From contig CBDATQ010000002.1 in NCBI GenBank assembly GCA_965199955.1, positions 96,001 through 160,000 of the forward strand: 64,000 nt of DNA, written 5' to 3'. Source of the stretch: Spirochaetia bacterium (GTDB lineage Bacteria; Spirochaetota; Spirochaetia; SZUA-6; Bin103). Under the pieces are notes generated by a model. The model did not search any database. It was not told the origin of the DNA and worked only from the letters and a program-made list of their open reading frames with translations. Position 1 is the first letter of the stretch. Each line of letters starts with the position of its first letter. A program made the translations under genes and the position numbers. Positions 37,553 through 49,227 of this stretch are shown here, piece after piece.

Positions 37553-38698
37553 TCAGTCTCCAAACATCAGCGCCAGTTGTTCTTCACCCCTTGGTGCCGT
37601 GCGTGGAAGCACGGCATCGCCCATCGATACCCCTTCGTCAAGCAGAAGCCTGATCTCCGGGTAGTCAGCGGCGACTTCCACCTGTGTGCCGTTGCTGTCC
37701 GGGCGCAGCAATAGCGTCTCATCCGACGCGATCCCTTCGTCGCGGAGGAACTCAGGCGAATGCGTGGAGACGATCACTTGACGCTTCGACCGTCGCGTGG
37801 CGCGGTGGAGCATCTGCGGGATGAACTTGATCACGGCCGGATGCAGGTTCAGTTCCGGCTCCTCAATCATCAGAGGTCCCGTTCCGTCCATCACCGACCA
37901 CAGGAGGGCCATGAGCCGTAGCGTGCCGTCCGAGAACTGATCCTCCCTCTGCCAGCCCGCATTTGGCCGCCAATGCTCATAGCGCCCTTCGAGATGGGGT
38001 ATCCCGATCTCGTCTCTTTCCAGCTTCAATTCCCGCAGCTGCGGCACGGCGATGCGGAGTGCATGCTCGATTCGCCGTAGCCGCGATTGCCGGATCTTCG
38101 GTGTGCTGCGCGCGATCTGTTCCAGGAGGTCGCTTCCGAACGTCTCTCCGGTCAAATCTCGACCGGTGAACCGGTCCGGCTGCCGGACCAGAGGCGGCAG
38201 GACGTGGAGGTAGTGTATCGAGTTAAAAAACCGGTAGATGTCGCGGAATGTCTTGTTCGTGCTGATGCCTTCCAGATGAGTCTGACGCAGGCGCTCAGCG
38301 TCTTTCTCGTCGTCGGGATCCGGTCGCCGGAGCACCTCCTGACCCTCTCGCTCGACAAGCTCCTCCTTGATCCTTGGCTGCCGCTGGTTATCCTGAATGA
38401 TACTGAGCCGGTACCGCCACTCCGCTGGATTGGCGAGCTCGCCAAGTTCCACGTCAAGGACGATTGCCGGATACCGGCGCGCTGCAAGACAGCGGATCTT
38501 TGAGACGCCTCCGCGGTCGGCCACGGCTTTCTCCAGACCGCCGCCGGGATTCGTGATGTCGCGCAGGAAGCGAAATGCATCGAGCAGGTTGGACTTCCCC
38601 GCTGCGTTAGGTCCGGCGATGAACACCCGCTGTTGCAACGGCACATCAATGCGTGTGAAGTTCCGCCAGTTTTCGAGATTAATGCGGCTTACGATCAT
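37553..38698 (-). CDS. ABC-type ATPase (AAA_21/AAA_15-like)
   Basis: LENWRNF, GPNAAGKSN, FSDGTLR, IEEPELNLHP, VSTHSP. Confidence 0.9.
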   Translation of the reverse strand: MIVSRINLENWRNFTRIDVPLQQRVFIAGPNAAGKSNLLDAFRFLRDITNPGGGLEKAVADRGGVSKIRCLAARRYPAIVLDVELGELANPAEWRYRLSIIQDNQRQPRIKEELVEREGQEVLRRPDPDDEKDAERLRQTHLEGISTNKTFRDIYRFFNSIHYLHVLPPLVRQPDRFTGRDLTGETFGSDLLEQIARSTPKIRQSRLRRIEHALRIAVPQLRELKLERDEIGIPHLEGRYEHWRPNAGWQREDQFSDGTLRLMALLWSVMDGTGPLMIEEPELNLHPAVIKFIPQMLHRATRRSKRQVIVSTHSPEFLRDEGIASDETLLLRPDSNGTQVEVAADYPEIRLLLDEGVSMGDAVLPRTAPRGEEQLALMFGD

Positions 38699-38714
38699 CG
38701 GTCTATTCGCCTGC

Positions 38715-39518
<804 letters not shown>

Positions 39519-39561
39519 GGTGCCTTCCTCTGTGCCTGGACGAGCCCACCAACGGCTCGGC

Positions 39562-41103
39562 TCAGCCACCGGCCACCTCGAACGCCGTCACGTTGCGCGT
39601 CTTTCGGCTGAACTCGACCCCGATCAGGTGGATCGGTTCGCCACGGCCCCGGTACCTGTCAGCGTACCCGCGCTCACTCAACTGCGCCAGCGCCGACCCC
39701 GGCGGCGCGAGCTCCACGACCTTGAACTCGAACAGATACACATGCCCGCCGGTGCGCACCGCCATGTCCAGCCGGCCGTGGCTGCTCGATTCCTCCACCA
39801 CGATGTCGTAGCCGAGCGCCGCAAAATAGGAGTAGAACACGCTCGCGTAGTAGCCCTCGTAGTCGGCGATGGCGTTGTTCGTGTACCACTGATAGGGAAT
39901 GCTCGCGAAGAAGGCGTGAAACAGCTCCTGCAGCCCCGCGCAGTCGTGCGCGGCAAGCAGGCGTGCCAGCCGTATGCTGTTCATCGTTTGCTGCCCGGCG
40001 TCCTTGACCAGGCGGCGCAGCAGCACCCGGTTCAGGCTCTGGCGCACCTCCCGGTTGGGATAGCCCAGCCGGTACAGCGCCTGACCCCCCAACTCCTCTT
40101 CCGCCGTGATCGTCAGATAGCCGGTCTGGAACAGCAGCGCCTCGGTGCCGATGTGCCCCACTTCGAACGCGGAAAGCAGATCTTCCGTGCCCACCATGTC
40201 ATCCAGTGACACCGAGGAGACGCGCCGCTCAAGGAGCGTCTCCATCAGAAACGCCGGCGTCCCGGTCTCGAACCAGTGCGCTTTGAACTCGCGGCTGTCG
40301 AACAGCAGCAGCACGTCGTAGGGGTTGTACACCTTCTCCGCACCGCGCCAGCGATAGCCATTGTACCACTCGCGGACCTGCTTCCGATCCAGGCCGGCCA
40401 GTTCCGGCGCGAAAACGGTGTCCAGGTCGCCTTCCGTATAGCCGCAGATCGCCGAGTAGCGCCGATCCAGCGTGATGTCGGTGAGGTTGTTCAGGTCGGA
40501 GAACACGCTGACCTTGGTGAACTTGCTCACGCCGGTCAGAAAGGTGAAGTGAACGTGCGCTTCCGCGAACTTGACGTTCGAGTACAGGCTGCGCAGGAAT
40601 CGGCGGTTGGCGTCGGCGATCTCCGGATCTCCCAGTGCGTCCAGGATCGGCTTGTCGTACTCGTCGACCAGCACCGCCACCCGCTGTCCGGCCTTGCGAT
40701 GGAGCGCTTCCAGCAGGAACCCCAGCCGTTCCGGTCCGGTGGTGTCGGTCGCCACCTGTTCCTGGCGCTCGATACGGGCCAGTTGCGCCGTCACGTTGCG
40801 GCGCAGCCCATCCGGATCCAGGTAGTCGCCGCCGCTGAAGTCGAGCCGCACCACCGGATGGCGTACCCAGTCCCGGCCGTCGTGGATGTGGAGCCCCTCG
40901 AACAGCTCCTCGCTCCCCTCGAACAGCTCCTTCAGCGTGTCCAGCAACAGGCTCTTGCCGAACCGTCGAGGGCGCGACAGGAAGTAGTGGGTGCCCTCGG
41001 CGAGCAGACGCTCGATGTAGGCGGTCTTGTCCACGTAGTAGCAATTCTCCTCGCGGAGCTTGCGGAAGGTCTGCACGCCGATGGGGAGTCTGAGCCTCTC
41101 CAC
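39562..41103 (-). CDS. AAA-like ATPase with C-terminal PD-(D/E)XK nuclease (DUF1703 type)
   Basis: LPIGVQTF, YYVDKT, RPRRFGKS, VDEYDKP, EGYYASVFY, GRLDM...LFEFK. Confidence 0.92.
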   Translation of the reverse strand: MERLRLPIGVQTFRKLREENCYYVDKTAYIERLLAEGTHYFLSRPRRFGKSLLLDTLKELFEGSEELFEGLHIHDGRDWVRHPVVRLDFSGGDYLDPDGLRRNVTAQLARIERQEQVATDTTGPERLGFLLEALHRKAGQRVAVLVDEYDKPILDALGDPEIADANRRFLRSLYSNVKFAEAHVHFTFLTGVSKFTKVSVFSDLNNLTDITLDRRYSAICGYTEGDLDTVFAPELAGLDRKQVREWYNGYRWRGAEKVYNPYDVLLLFDSREFKAHWFETGTPAFLMETLLERRVSSVSLDDMVGTEDLLSAFEVGHIGTEALLFQTGYLTITAEEELGGQALYRLGYPNREVRQSLNRVLLRRLVKDAGQQTMNSIRLARLLAAHDCAGLQELFHAFFASIPYQWYTNNAIADYEGYYASVFYSYFAALGYDIVVEESSSHGRLDMAVRTGGHVYLFEFKVVELAPPGSALAQLSERGYADRYRGRGEPIHLIGVEFSRKTRNVTAFEVAGG

Positions 41104-41151
41104 CGGTCGAGCGTAGCCGGTCAGCTCGCGCCAGCTCAAACTGCAGGCCGG

Positions 41152-42162
<1,011 letters not shown>

Positions 42163-43200
42163 TCAGCCGTCCTCTGACCGGTCGGAGTGGAGAAAGCAGG
42201 CGACGTCGTGGCCCTCTCCCCCGGAGTCCCCGACGACGGAGGTGAGCGCGGGCATGCTGCGGTCGCAGACACCCGGCATGAACTCCGAGCAACGCGCGCT
42301 GAACGGGCAGCCCGGCGGGAGGCGCCGCGCGTCGGGAACCGTCCCTTCGATGGTCGTAAGCGGAGTCTTGCGCGCGCTCGACTGGTGCGGCACGCACGCC
42401 ATGAGCACCTTGGTGTAGGGGTGCTTGGGCCGCCGGTACACCTCGCTTGCCTCGCCGCGCTCGACGATCTTGCCCAGGTACATGACCGCGATCTGCTCGC
42501 TCATCTCCGCCACCAGGCCCAGATCGTGCGAGATGAACAGTACCGACATGGCGTGCGACTGCTGCAGCGAGCGCAACAGCTCCATGATCCGCGCCTGGAT
42601 GGTGACGTCGACCGCCGTGGTGGGCTCGTCGGCGATCAGCAGCTCGGGATTGGCGGCCAGCGCCACGGCGATCATGGCGCGCTGGCGCATGCCGCCTGAC
42701 AGCTCGAACGTGTAGGCGTCGAGCTGGCGCTCGGGCCTGGGCATCCCCACGTCGGCCAGCAGGGCGACTGCCCGCTCGCTCGCCTCGGCCCGGCTCACCG
42801 GCTCGTGCGCGCGAATCGCCTCCGTGATCTGCAGGCCGATGCGGTGCACGGGGCTCAGGCAGGTCATCGGCTCCTGGAAGATCATCGCCACCCGCCGCCC
42901 GCGGATCGCGCGCAGCGCGCGCCCGGCCGGCGGCAGCAGCGCCAGGTCGACGGCTTCTCCGTCCGGAGGGTGGTAGAGCACCCGCCCGCTCTCGATCTTC
43001 CCCGGCGGCGGGATGATGCGCAGCACCGCGCGGGCGGTCACCGACTTGCCGCAGCCGCTTTCGCCGACCAGCCCCATGACGTGGTTTGTCGGTACCCGCA
43101 GCGAGACCCCGTTGACGGCGCGCACCGTGCCCAGCGTGGTGTGGAAGTGGACGTGCAGGTCCTTTATGGACAGCAGGTCCGCGCGGCCGTGGTCAGGCAT
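42163..43200 (-). CDS. Oligopeptide-type ABC ATPase (OppD-like)
   Basis: [32 protein letters not shown]. Confidence 0.92.
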   Translation of the reverse strand: MPDHGRADLLSIKDLHVHFHTTLGTVRAVNGVSLRVPTNHVMGLVGESGCGKSVTARAVLRIIPPPGKIESGRVLYHPPDGEAVDLALLPPAGRALRAIRGRRVAMIFQEPMTCLSPVHRIGLQITEAIRAHEPVSRAEASERAVALLADVGMPRPERQLDAYTFELSGGMRQRAMIAVALAANPELLIADEPTTAVDVTIQARIMELLRSLQQSHAMSVLFISHDLGLVAEMSEQIAVMYLGKIVERGEASEVYRRPKHPYTKVLMACVPHQSSARKTPLTTIEGTVPDARRLPPGCPFSARCSEFMPGVCDRSMPALTSVVGDSGGEGHDVACFLHSDRSEDG

Positions 43201-44323
43201 AGGGATCCGCAGCGTCCCGCAGGCCGTCGCCCAGGAAGTTGAAGGCCAGCACCGCGACCACCACGGCAGCGCCGGGCAGCAGCAGCCACGGCATCAGGGC
43301 CACCGCCTGGATGTTCTGCGCCTCCTTGAGCAGCACGCCCCAACTGATGGCTGGCGACCGCAGGCCGATCCCCAGGAAGCTGAGCGCCGTCTCGCCCAGG
43401 ATCATGCCCGGGATCGCCAGCGTCGCCGAGGCGATGATGTGGCTGAGAAATGACGGGATCAGGTGGCGGAACATGACGCGCGGGCCGCGGGCGCCGTCGA
43501 TGCGGGCGGCCAGCACGAAGTCCTCGTCGCGCAGCGACAGCAGCTTGCCGCGCACCACCCGCGCCATGCCGGTCCAGCCGGTGAGGGAGAGGATGACCGT
43601 AATCAGGAAGAAGGTGCGCGTCTGCGGCCAGTCGTGGGGAATTGCGGCGCTCAGCGCCATCCACAGCGGCAGCGACGGGATCGCGATGAGGACCTCGATG
43701 ATGCGCTGGATCACCATGTCGGCCAGGCCGCCGAAGTAGCCGGATATCGCGCCGAGCGCGATGCCGAGCCCGAAGCTGAGGGCTACCCCGACGAAGCCGA
43801 TGGTGAGCGAGATGCGGGTCCCGTAGATGATCCGTGACAGCAGATCCCGGCCCTGCGTGTCGGTGCCGAGCAGCGTGCCGCGTTCATCGCCGTCGAAGCC
43901 GAACAGGTGCACGCGTGCCGGGATGAATCCGAGCAGGAGATACTCGTCCCCCCGCACCAGCAGGCGCAACGGTAGCCGGGTACTCGGGTCCGCAACGTAG
44001 ATGCGCTGCAGCGTGACCGGATCGCGGCGCAGGGCGGTGGCGTACACGAAGGGCCGCGCGTGCAGCCGCCGCTCCTCCACGTCCCACACGCGGAGCCGCA
44101 TGGGCGGCGCCGAAATGTGGGAGGTGTCGCGCAGGCGCGGGTCATACGGTGCGACGAACTCGGCGAACGTGGCCGCGAGGTAGAGCAGCAGCACGACGAT
44201 CCCGGCCGCCACGGCCATGCGGTGGCGCAGGAACCGGAGCAGGATCAGGCGCCACTGCCCGGCCGTGAGCAGATCGTCCGTGGTCTCCACCCCGTGCGCG
44301 GGCGCGACCGCCTCCGTCGCCAT
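43193..44323 (-). CDS. ABC permease (OppC-like)
   Basis: [32 protein letters not shown]. Confidence 0.92.
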   Translation of the reverse strand: MATEAVAPAHGVETTDDLLTAGQWRLILLRFLRHRMAVAAGIVVLLLYLAATFAEFVAPYDPRLRDTSHISAPPMRLRVWDVEERRLHARPFVYATALRRDPVTLQRIYVADPSTRLPLRLLVRGDEYLLLGFIPARVHLFGFDGDERGTLLGTDTQGRDLLSRIIYGTRISLTIGFVGVALSFGLGIALGAISGYFGGLADMVIQRIIEVLIAIPSLPLWMALSAAIPHDWPQTRTFFLITVILSLTGWTGMARVVRGKLLSLRDEDFVLAARIDGARGPRVMFRHLIPSFLSHIIASATLAIPGMILGETALSFLGIGLRSPAISWGVLLKEAQNIQAVALMPWLLLPGAAVVVAVLAFNFLGDGLRDAADPYA

Positions 44324-45306
44324 CAGTCGAACCGGATGCGCGGGTCGATCGCGGCCAGCAGCAGGTCGGACACGAGGGTTCCGACCACCGTGAAGACCGA
44401 GATCAGCATGACGAACGACGCTGCAAGCTGCATGTCCTGCCGCTGCAGCGCGGAGAGAAACATCGGACCGCCCGTCGGGATGCCCAGCACGACGGCCGTG
44501 ATCGTCTCTCCGGCTACCAGCGTCGGCAGCATCCAGCCGACCGTGGAGAAGAACGGATTGAGGGCGATGCGCACCGGGTAGCGCAGGATCGCGCGCACTT
44601 CGCTGATGCCCTTGGCGCGCGCCATGTCCACGTAGGGCTTGCGCAGCTCATCGATCAGGTTGGCGCGCAGGATGCGGATCGTGCCGGCGGTGCCGGCGGT
44701 ACCGATCACGATCACGGGAATCCACAGGTGCCCGAGCAGGTCCCAGAACTTGCCCCAGCTCCACGCGGCGGTCTGGTACTCGCGGGAGAACAGCCCGCCG
44801 ATCTCGACCCCCGGAAAGATCTTGGGGCTCAGGTACATCAGGATGAGCGCCAGCAGGAAATTGGGGATCGCCAGGCCGAGGAAGCCGATGAAGGTCCAGA
44901 AGATGTCCCAGAACGAGTACTGCCGCACGGCCGAGAGCACCCCGATCGGGAACGAGACCGCCCACGTGAACAGCAGCGAGAGCGTCGAAAGGAGCGCCGT
45001 CATGGCGAAGCGCCCGCCGATCAGCTCCCGTACCGGCTTGTGCCAGGACAGGGAGTACCCGAAGTCGCCCTGGACGAAGTTGGTGATCCAGCGGAAGTAG
45101 CGCACGGTGATCGGGCGGTCCAGGCCGTAGCGCTTGCGCAGGTTCTCCACCTCCTCGTCGGAGAACGTGCCCTGCTCGACCATGATCTGGATCTGGTAGC
45201 TGACGTAGTCGCCCGGCGGCAACTCGATCACGACGTAGGCGATGAGCGAGATCGCCGCCAGCGTGATCACCATGATCAGGGCGCGGCGGACCACGTACTC
45301 AGCCAC
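44323..45306 (-). CDS. ABC permease (OppB-like)
   Basis: LPPGDY, YGLDRP, MARAKG, DPRIRF. Confidence 0.92.
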   Translation of the reverse strand: MAEYVVRRALIMVITLAAISLIAYVVIELPPGDYVSYQIQIMVEQGTFSDEEVENLRKRYGLDRPITVRYFRWITNFVQGDFGYSLSWHKPVRELIGGRFAMTALLSTLSLLFTWAVSFPIGVLSAVRQYSFWDIFWTFIGFLGLAIPNFLLALILMYLSPKIFPGVEIGGLFSREYQTAAWSWGKFWDLLGHLWIPVIVIGTAGTAGTIRILRANLIDELRKPYVDMARAKGISEVRAILRYPVRIALNPFFSTVGWMLPTLVAGETITAVVLGIPTGGPMFLSALQRQDMQLAASFVMLISVFTVVGTLVSDLLLAAIDPRIRFD

Positions 45307-45364
45307 GGGTACTCCTTATCCGGACGGCGAAAGGACGTCGAGCGCGCGTCGCATCCCGGCACGC

Positions 45365-45400
45365 CGCATTCCCGGCAGGGTCACCCACACCGGGAATGCG
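45365..45400 (-). other. Intergenic hairpin after the SBP gene
   Basis: CGCATTCCCGG (45365-45375) and CCGGGAATGCG (45390-45400) form an 11-bp perfect stem. Confidence 0.55.
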
Positions 45401-45430
45401 TCATGCGTCTCGGTTCGTACTGTCAGCCCG

Positions 45431-47374
45431 TTATTGAGCCTTCCAGAATGCGTCCCGCCGGCCGTGATCGCCGCGGAACATCGGCTGCCGCCCGCCCGGA
45501 ATGCCGCGCATCTCCGGCGTCACCATGATCACGAAGCCGGGATGGCGCACGGTGCCGATGCTCCAGAGGTTCTGACGCGAGATCTCCAGGACGTGGCCGA
45601 ACAGTTCCTTGCGCTCGTCCAGATCGAGCGTCGCCTGGGCGCGCAGATAGTAGTCGAGTGCTTCCTGCACGATCGCGTTCGGCTTCTCGCCCTGCTCGCC
45701 GCCGGACATCGTGTAGTCGCGGTACTTCGGCGTCCAGAAGTTGAGCGGCTGGTTCGGCACGAAGTGGGCGGCCTGGTCGTTCACCAGGAGACCCTCGTTG
45801 GTGCCCCAGCTCTCCCAGATCAGCACGCCGTCGTAGTCGCCGGCGTTGCGCGCCTGGGTCAGCACGCCCCAGTCGACGAAGCGCACGGTCAGCTCGACAC
45901 CGATCTCCTTGAGCCCGTCGGTGATGATCTCGGCGTGCGTCGGCAGCCCGCCGGTATCGAACGACAGGAAGGTGAGCGCCATCGGTTCCCCGTTCGGGAA
46001 CGTCCGCACCCCGGCGTCATTGCGCGCGTGTCCCAGCTCGTCGAGGATGCTGTTGGCAAGCTCGACATCGTGCTCCGTCGCCTCGTTCTGAACCGCCTCG
46101 CTGAAGTACGGGCTGGACGGCAGCGGCGCGACCTGAGACGGATAGCTGAGCCCCTCGTAGAGGATCTGGTTGATGAGCTCGCGGTCGATCGCGTGCGAGA
46201 TCGCGCGCTTGAACTGCGGGTTCCAGAAGACCTCCCGCATCACCGGATCCGGGTGGTTCAGGTTGAAGTCCAACTGGGACGCGACGAGCGCGGGGTTGTC
46301 CTGGACGTAGACCCGGACGATGCCGTCCTGCTCGGCTTTCTTCGCCAGCGTGTAGACGTCGATGTCCAGGAACGAGTAGTCGACTTCCCCGTTCAGGGCC
46401 TTCAGCTTGACGACTTCCTGATCGCCGAGGACGGACGTGCGGCGATCCTCGAAGTACGGAAGCTGCTTGCCTTCGGTATCGACCACCCAGAAGTAGGGGT
46501 TGCGCGTCCAGATCACCGGGTCGGCCGGCGGCGCATCGGTGAGCTCCCAGGGCTCCAGCGTGGGCTTTTCCACGTTGCCGTACTCGTTGTAGTCGGCGCG
46601 GTCCAGGAAGAACTGAGTCCACGACTCGAACCCGGACTTCTTCACCATGTCGGCCAGATCCGACTCGCTGGCATACGCGGCATGAAACTGCTCGAGGTAG
46701 TGGCGGGGGAAGCGCGTGATGGGGTTGAACCCGCCGCCCCTGGCGACGAAATCCGCGGGGCCACCGAAGTCGAACTGAACGGTGTAGTCATCGATCGCCG
46801 TGATGGCAACCCCCCGGTACTGCGGCCGAAGCCGCGGGGTTATGTCCTCGTTGAGGATGACGTCGTCCCACCAGAAGGTGAAGTCGGCGGTGGTGAACGG
46901 CGTTCCGTCAGACCAGCGCAACCCTTCGCGCAGCCTCAGTTCCCAGACCGACGAGGTGTCGTCGACGGCTGTGTAGCTCTTCGCCACGTTGGGATACGGG
47001 TCGGCCGTGAAGCTGTGCTTGTTCAGGATGATGGCCGTCTCGTCGCGCAGCGCCGTCGCCAGACCGACGTCGTAGGTGGCGTTGAAGAAGGTGCCGCCAT
47101 AGAGTCCGGGCCCGTCGACGCCCAGGACCACCAGGGGCTCGATGGGAAGGCGGTCTTCGACCGGCGGCAGGTCGCCGGAGGCGACCGCGGCGTCCAGCGT
47201 CGGGGACTGGCTGAAGGCGGGGAGGCTCGCGCCGGTGTCGGCCGTGTACGCCGACGGTGTGGCCCACACCTCGTGCAGTGTCATCTCGCCGGCGCTCATA
47301 CCCGTCTGGGCCGCCAAACCTCCATTCACGAACAACGCGATCACGGGAATCGCACCGAGCCTGAGCCACTTCAT
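45431..47374 (-). CDS. ABC substrate-binding protein, family 5
   Basis: Signal peptide; GDLPPVEDRLP, RWSDGTP, GKQLPY, FKRAISHAIDR. RBS AGGAGG. Confidence 0.92.
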   Translation of the reverse strand: MKWLRLGAIPVIALFVNGGLAAQTGMSAGEMTLHEVWATPSAYTADTGASLPAFSQSPTLDAAVASGDLPPVEDRLPIEPLVVLGVDGPGLYGGTFFNATYDVGLATALRDETAIILNKHSFTADPYPNVAKSYTAVDDTSSVWELRLREGLRWSDGTPFTTADFTFWWDDVILNEDITPRLRPQYRGVAITAIDDYTVQFDFGGPADFVARGGGFNPITRFPRHYLEQFHAAYASESDLADMVKKSGFESWTQFFLDRADYNEYGNVEKPTLEPWELTDAPPADPVIWTRNPYFWVVDTEGKQLPYFEDRRTSVLGDQEVVKLKALNGEVDYSFLDIDVYTLAKKAEQDGIVRVYVQDNPALVASQLDFNLNHPDPVMREVFWNPQFKRAISHAIDRELINQILYEGLSYPSQVAPLPSSPYFSEAVQNEATEHDVELANSILDELGHARNDAGVRTFPNGEPMALTFLSFDTGGLPTHAEIITDGLKEIGVELTVRFVDWGVLTQARNAGDYDGVLIWESWGTNEGLLVNDQAAHFVPNQPLNFWTPKYRDYTMSGGEQGEKPNAIVQEALDYYLRAQATLDLDERKELFGHVLEISRQNLWSIGTVRHPGFVIMVTPEMRGIPGGRQPMFRGDHGRRDAFWKAQ

Positions 47375-47440
47375 GGAATCCTCCTGGACTGCGGAAATAT
47401 GTCGCGGCTCACCATGCCACTTCGCGGGCTGGGCCGCAAA

Positions 47441-49177
47441 TCAGAGAGGGTCCTGCGTCACCGCACGGTAGAACCACTGGACAGGCAGGGCCGTGAGGCG
47501 CAGGTCGATGTAGCCGGGCTCGACCTCGAAGCGCCGCACCCCATCCAGCTCGGGGGCGTGGCTGTAGGTGAGCAGCACGTGCTCGCCGTGGAAGGTGATG
47601 CTGGTATAGCAGTAGCCGTGGTGACGGGACCGCTCCACCAGCTTCAGCGGTCGCCAGCTGCCGCCCGCGTCGCTCGACAGCGCCGAAACAAGCGGGGTGC
47701 GGCCTGAGAGACCGTACGTCCACAGACAGAGCACATCGTTGCTGCCGGGCACGCGCTGCATCGCCGCCGGGGAGCACGCGCCGCGCAGCGGTGACAGGAA
47801 GGGCCGCGACCAGCTCTGCCCGCGGTCGTCGGAGTAGGAGAAGAACTGACCGCCCGACACCGAGCGCATGGTCATCAGCAGGCGGCCGTCGGCGAGCTGC
47901 GCGACGCTCGGCTCGTTGACGTTCTGGGCCAGCCGCTCGCGCTCGGGAAGTCCGGGGTCGGGCACGTGCGCGCCGGGGTGCCAGGTGCTGCCGCCGTCGT
48001 CGGAGAGCAGGCAGTACGGCCAGCGCACCCCGTCCACATACTCCCGCGAGGCGAGCAGGATGCGGCCGTCCGCCAGTCGCCTGAGGCTGGCGTTGTTGGC
48101 CGAGTGCCGGCTGCCGTTGGCTGGCGTGATCGCCGCGGCGTCGCTCCATCTGTGTCCGCCGTCGCCGGAGCGGCGCGCGACCATGCCCTTCACGGGCATG
48201 TCCGGCAGATGATCGCAGTAGACGAGCAGCAGCTCGTCGCCGAGGTTCAGCAGGCTGGCGGACATGACGTTGGTGCCGTGCTCGTCCTCCACCACCGTCC
48301 ATTTGCTGCTCCACGTGCGCCCGCCGTCGGTCGACCGGCGCGCGCTCAGCCGGGCCGGCGATTCGTCCCAGCCCTTGCCGGCATGGTAGTCGCTCCAGAC
48401 CAGCAGCAGGGAACCGTCGGACAGCACGACCAGGTCGCCCTCGCTGTGGCGCGGATGTTCGGGCGTCGCCTCGTTGACCATGAAGCACCACCCGTCGTCC
48501 GTCGCGCGCAGGTCCTCCGGACCGTCGGGCAGGGGTGAGTCGGCGCTCGGGTAGGGCACCTCCTCGATCACGACTTCCCGGTAGACGGTCTCGACGGGCG
48601 GGCCGTCCGCGGCGGCCCCGCTGCCGAACGTGACCATGAACGGCTCGGCGCAGGCGTCGTGCTCGACCTCGACGGTCGCGCCGCCCGGAGCCGTCACCCG
48701 CAGCGCGGCCGGCCGCGCCTCGACGTGCACGGTGTGCTTGTCGCCGAGCGGGCCGCGGAGCGTACGGTGAATCTGCCTGCCGCGGTGCTGCGCCCGCACG
48801 TGCCAGTCGACCCGGTCAGGATGCGGCTCGGCCCAGATCTCCCATGGTCCCGGGCGGGGCATCACCAGCGCGGGCCGCCCGCGTTCTCCGCCCGGCGCAG
48901 GCAGCTCGACGGTCCAGCTCACGTACGCCGGCAGCTCGTTCGGGCGGTAGCGGTACGGCTGACCCTCGAACCCCGGCGCGAAGAACGCGTGCGGCGCGGC
49001 CGCGGATGCGCGGGTTCGCAGCAGCAGGCCCGGCAGCTCGCAGTGGTCGCGCGGCTCGAAGTAGCCGTAGGTCCAGTAGTTCGCCACGGCGAAGGCGCAG
49101 CGCACGCCCTGGAACAGCCCGGTGCCGGCCGTGTGTTCGTCGAGGACGGCGACGCGCCACGCCTCGGCATCGCTCAT
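47441..49177 (-). CDS. Sialidase-like (BNR/Asp-box) protein with ~230-aa N-terminal extension
   Basis: Asp-boxes STDGGRTW, SGDGGHRW, SDDGGSTW, SDDRGQSW, SSDAGGSW; NEP; R.PL; YCYTS. Confidence 0.8.
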   Translation of the reverse strand: MSDAEAWRVAVLDEHTAGTGLFQGVRCAFAVANYWTYGYFEPRDHCELPGLLLRTRASAAAPHAFFAPGFEGQPYRYRPNELPAYVSWTVELPAPGGERGRPALVMPRPGPWEIWAEPHPDRVDWHVRAQHRGRQIHRTLRGPLGDKHTVHVEARPAALRVTAPGGATVEVEHDACAEPFMVTFGSGAAADGPPVETVYREVVIEEVPYPSADSPLPDGPEDLRATDDGWCFMVNEATPEHPRHSEGDLVVLSDGSLLLVWSDYHAGKGWDESPARLSARRSTDGGRTWSSKWTVVEDEHGTNVMSASLLNLGDELLLVYCDHLPDMPVKGMVARRSGDGGHRWSDAAAITPANGSRHSANNASLRRLADGRILLASREYVDGVRWPYCLLSDDGGSTWHPGAHVPDPGLPERERLAQNVNEPSVAQLADGRLLMTMRSVSGGQFFSYSDDRGQSWSRPFLSPLRGACSPAAMQRVPGSNDVLCLWTYGLSGRTPLVSALSSDAGGSWRPLKLVERSRHHGYCYTSITFHGEHVLLTYSHAPELDGVRRFEVEPGYIDLRLTALPVQWFYRAVTQDPL

Positions 49178-49227
49178 GACTTGTCCACCATGATGTCTTC
49201 ATTGTAGTCCGAACGGAGACGACTGAG

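Noticed and set aside
45242..47707. 821-aa plus-strand ORF (also 59454..62009, 40276..42177, 22475..24391, 19219..20913)
   Set aside because: Antisense to well-supported genes with no motifs; expected in high-GC DNA.
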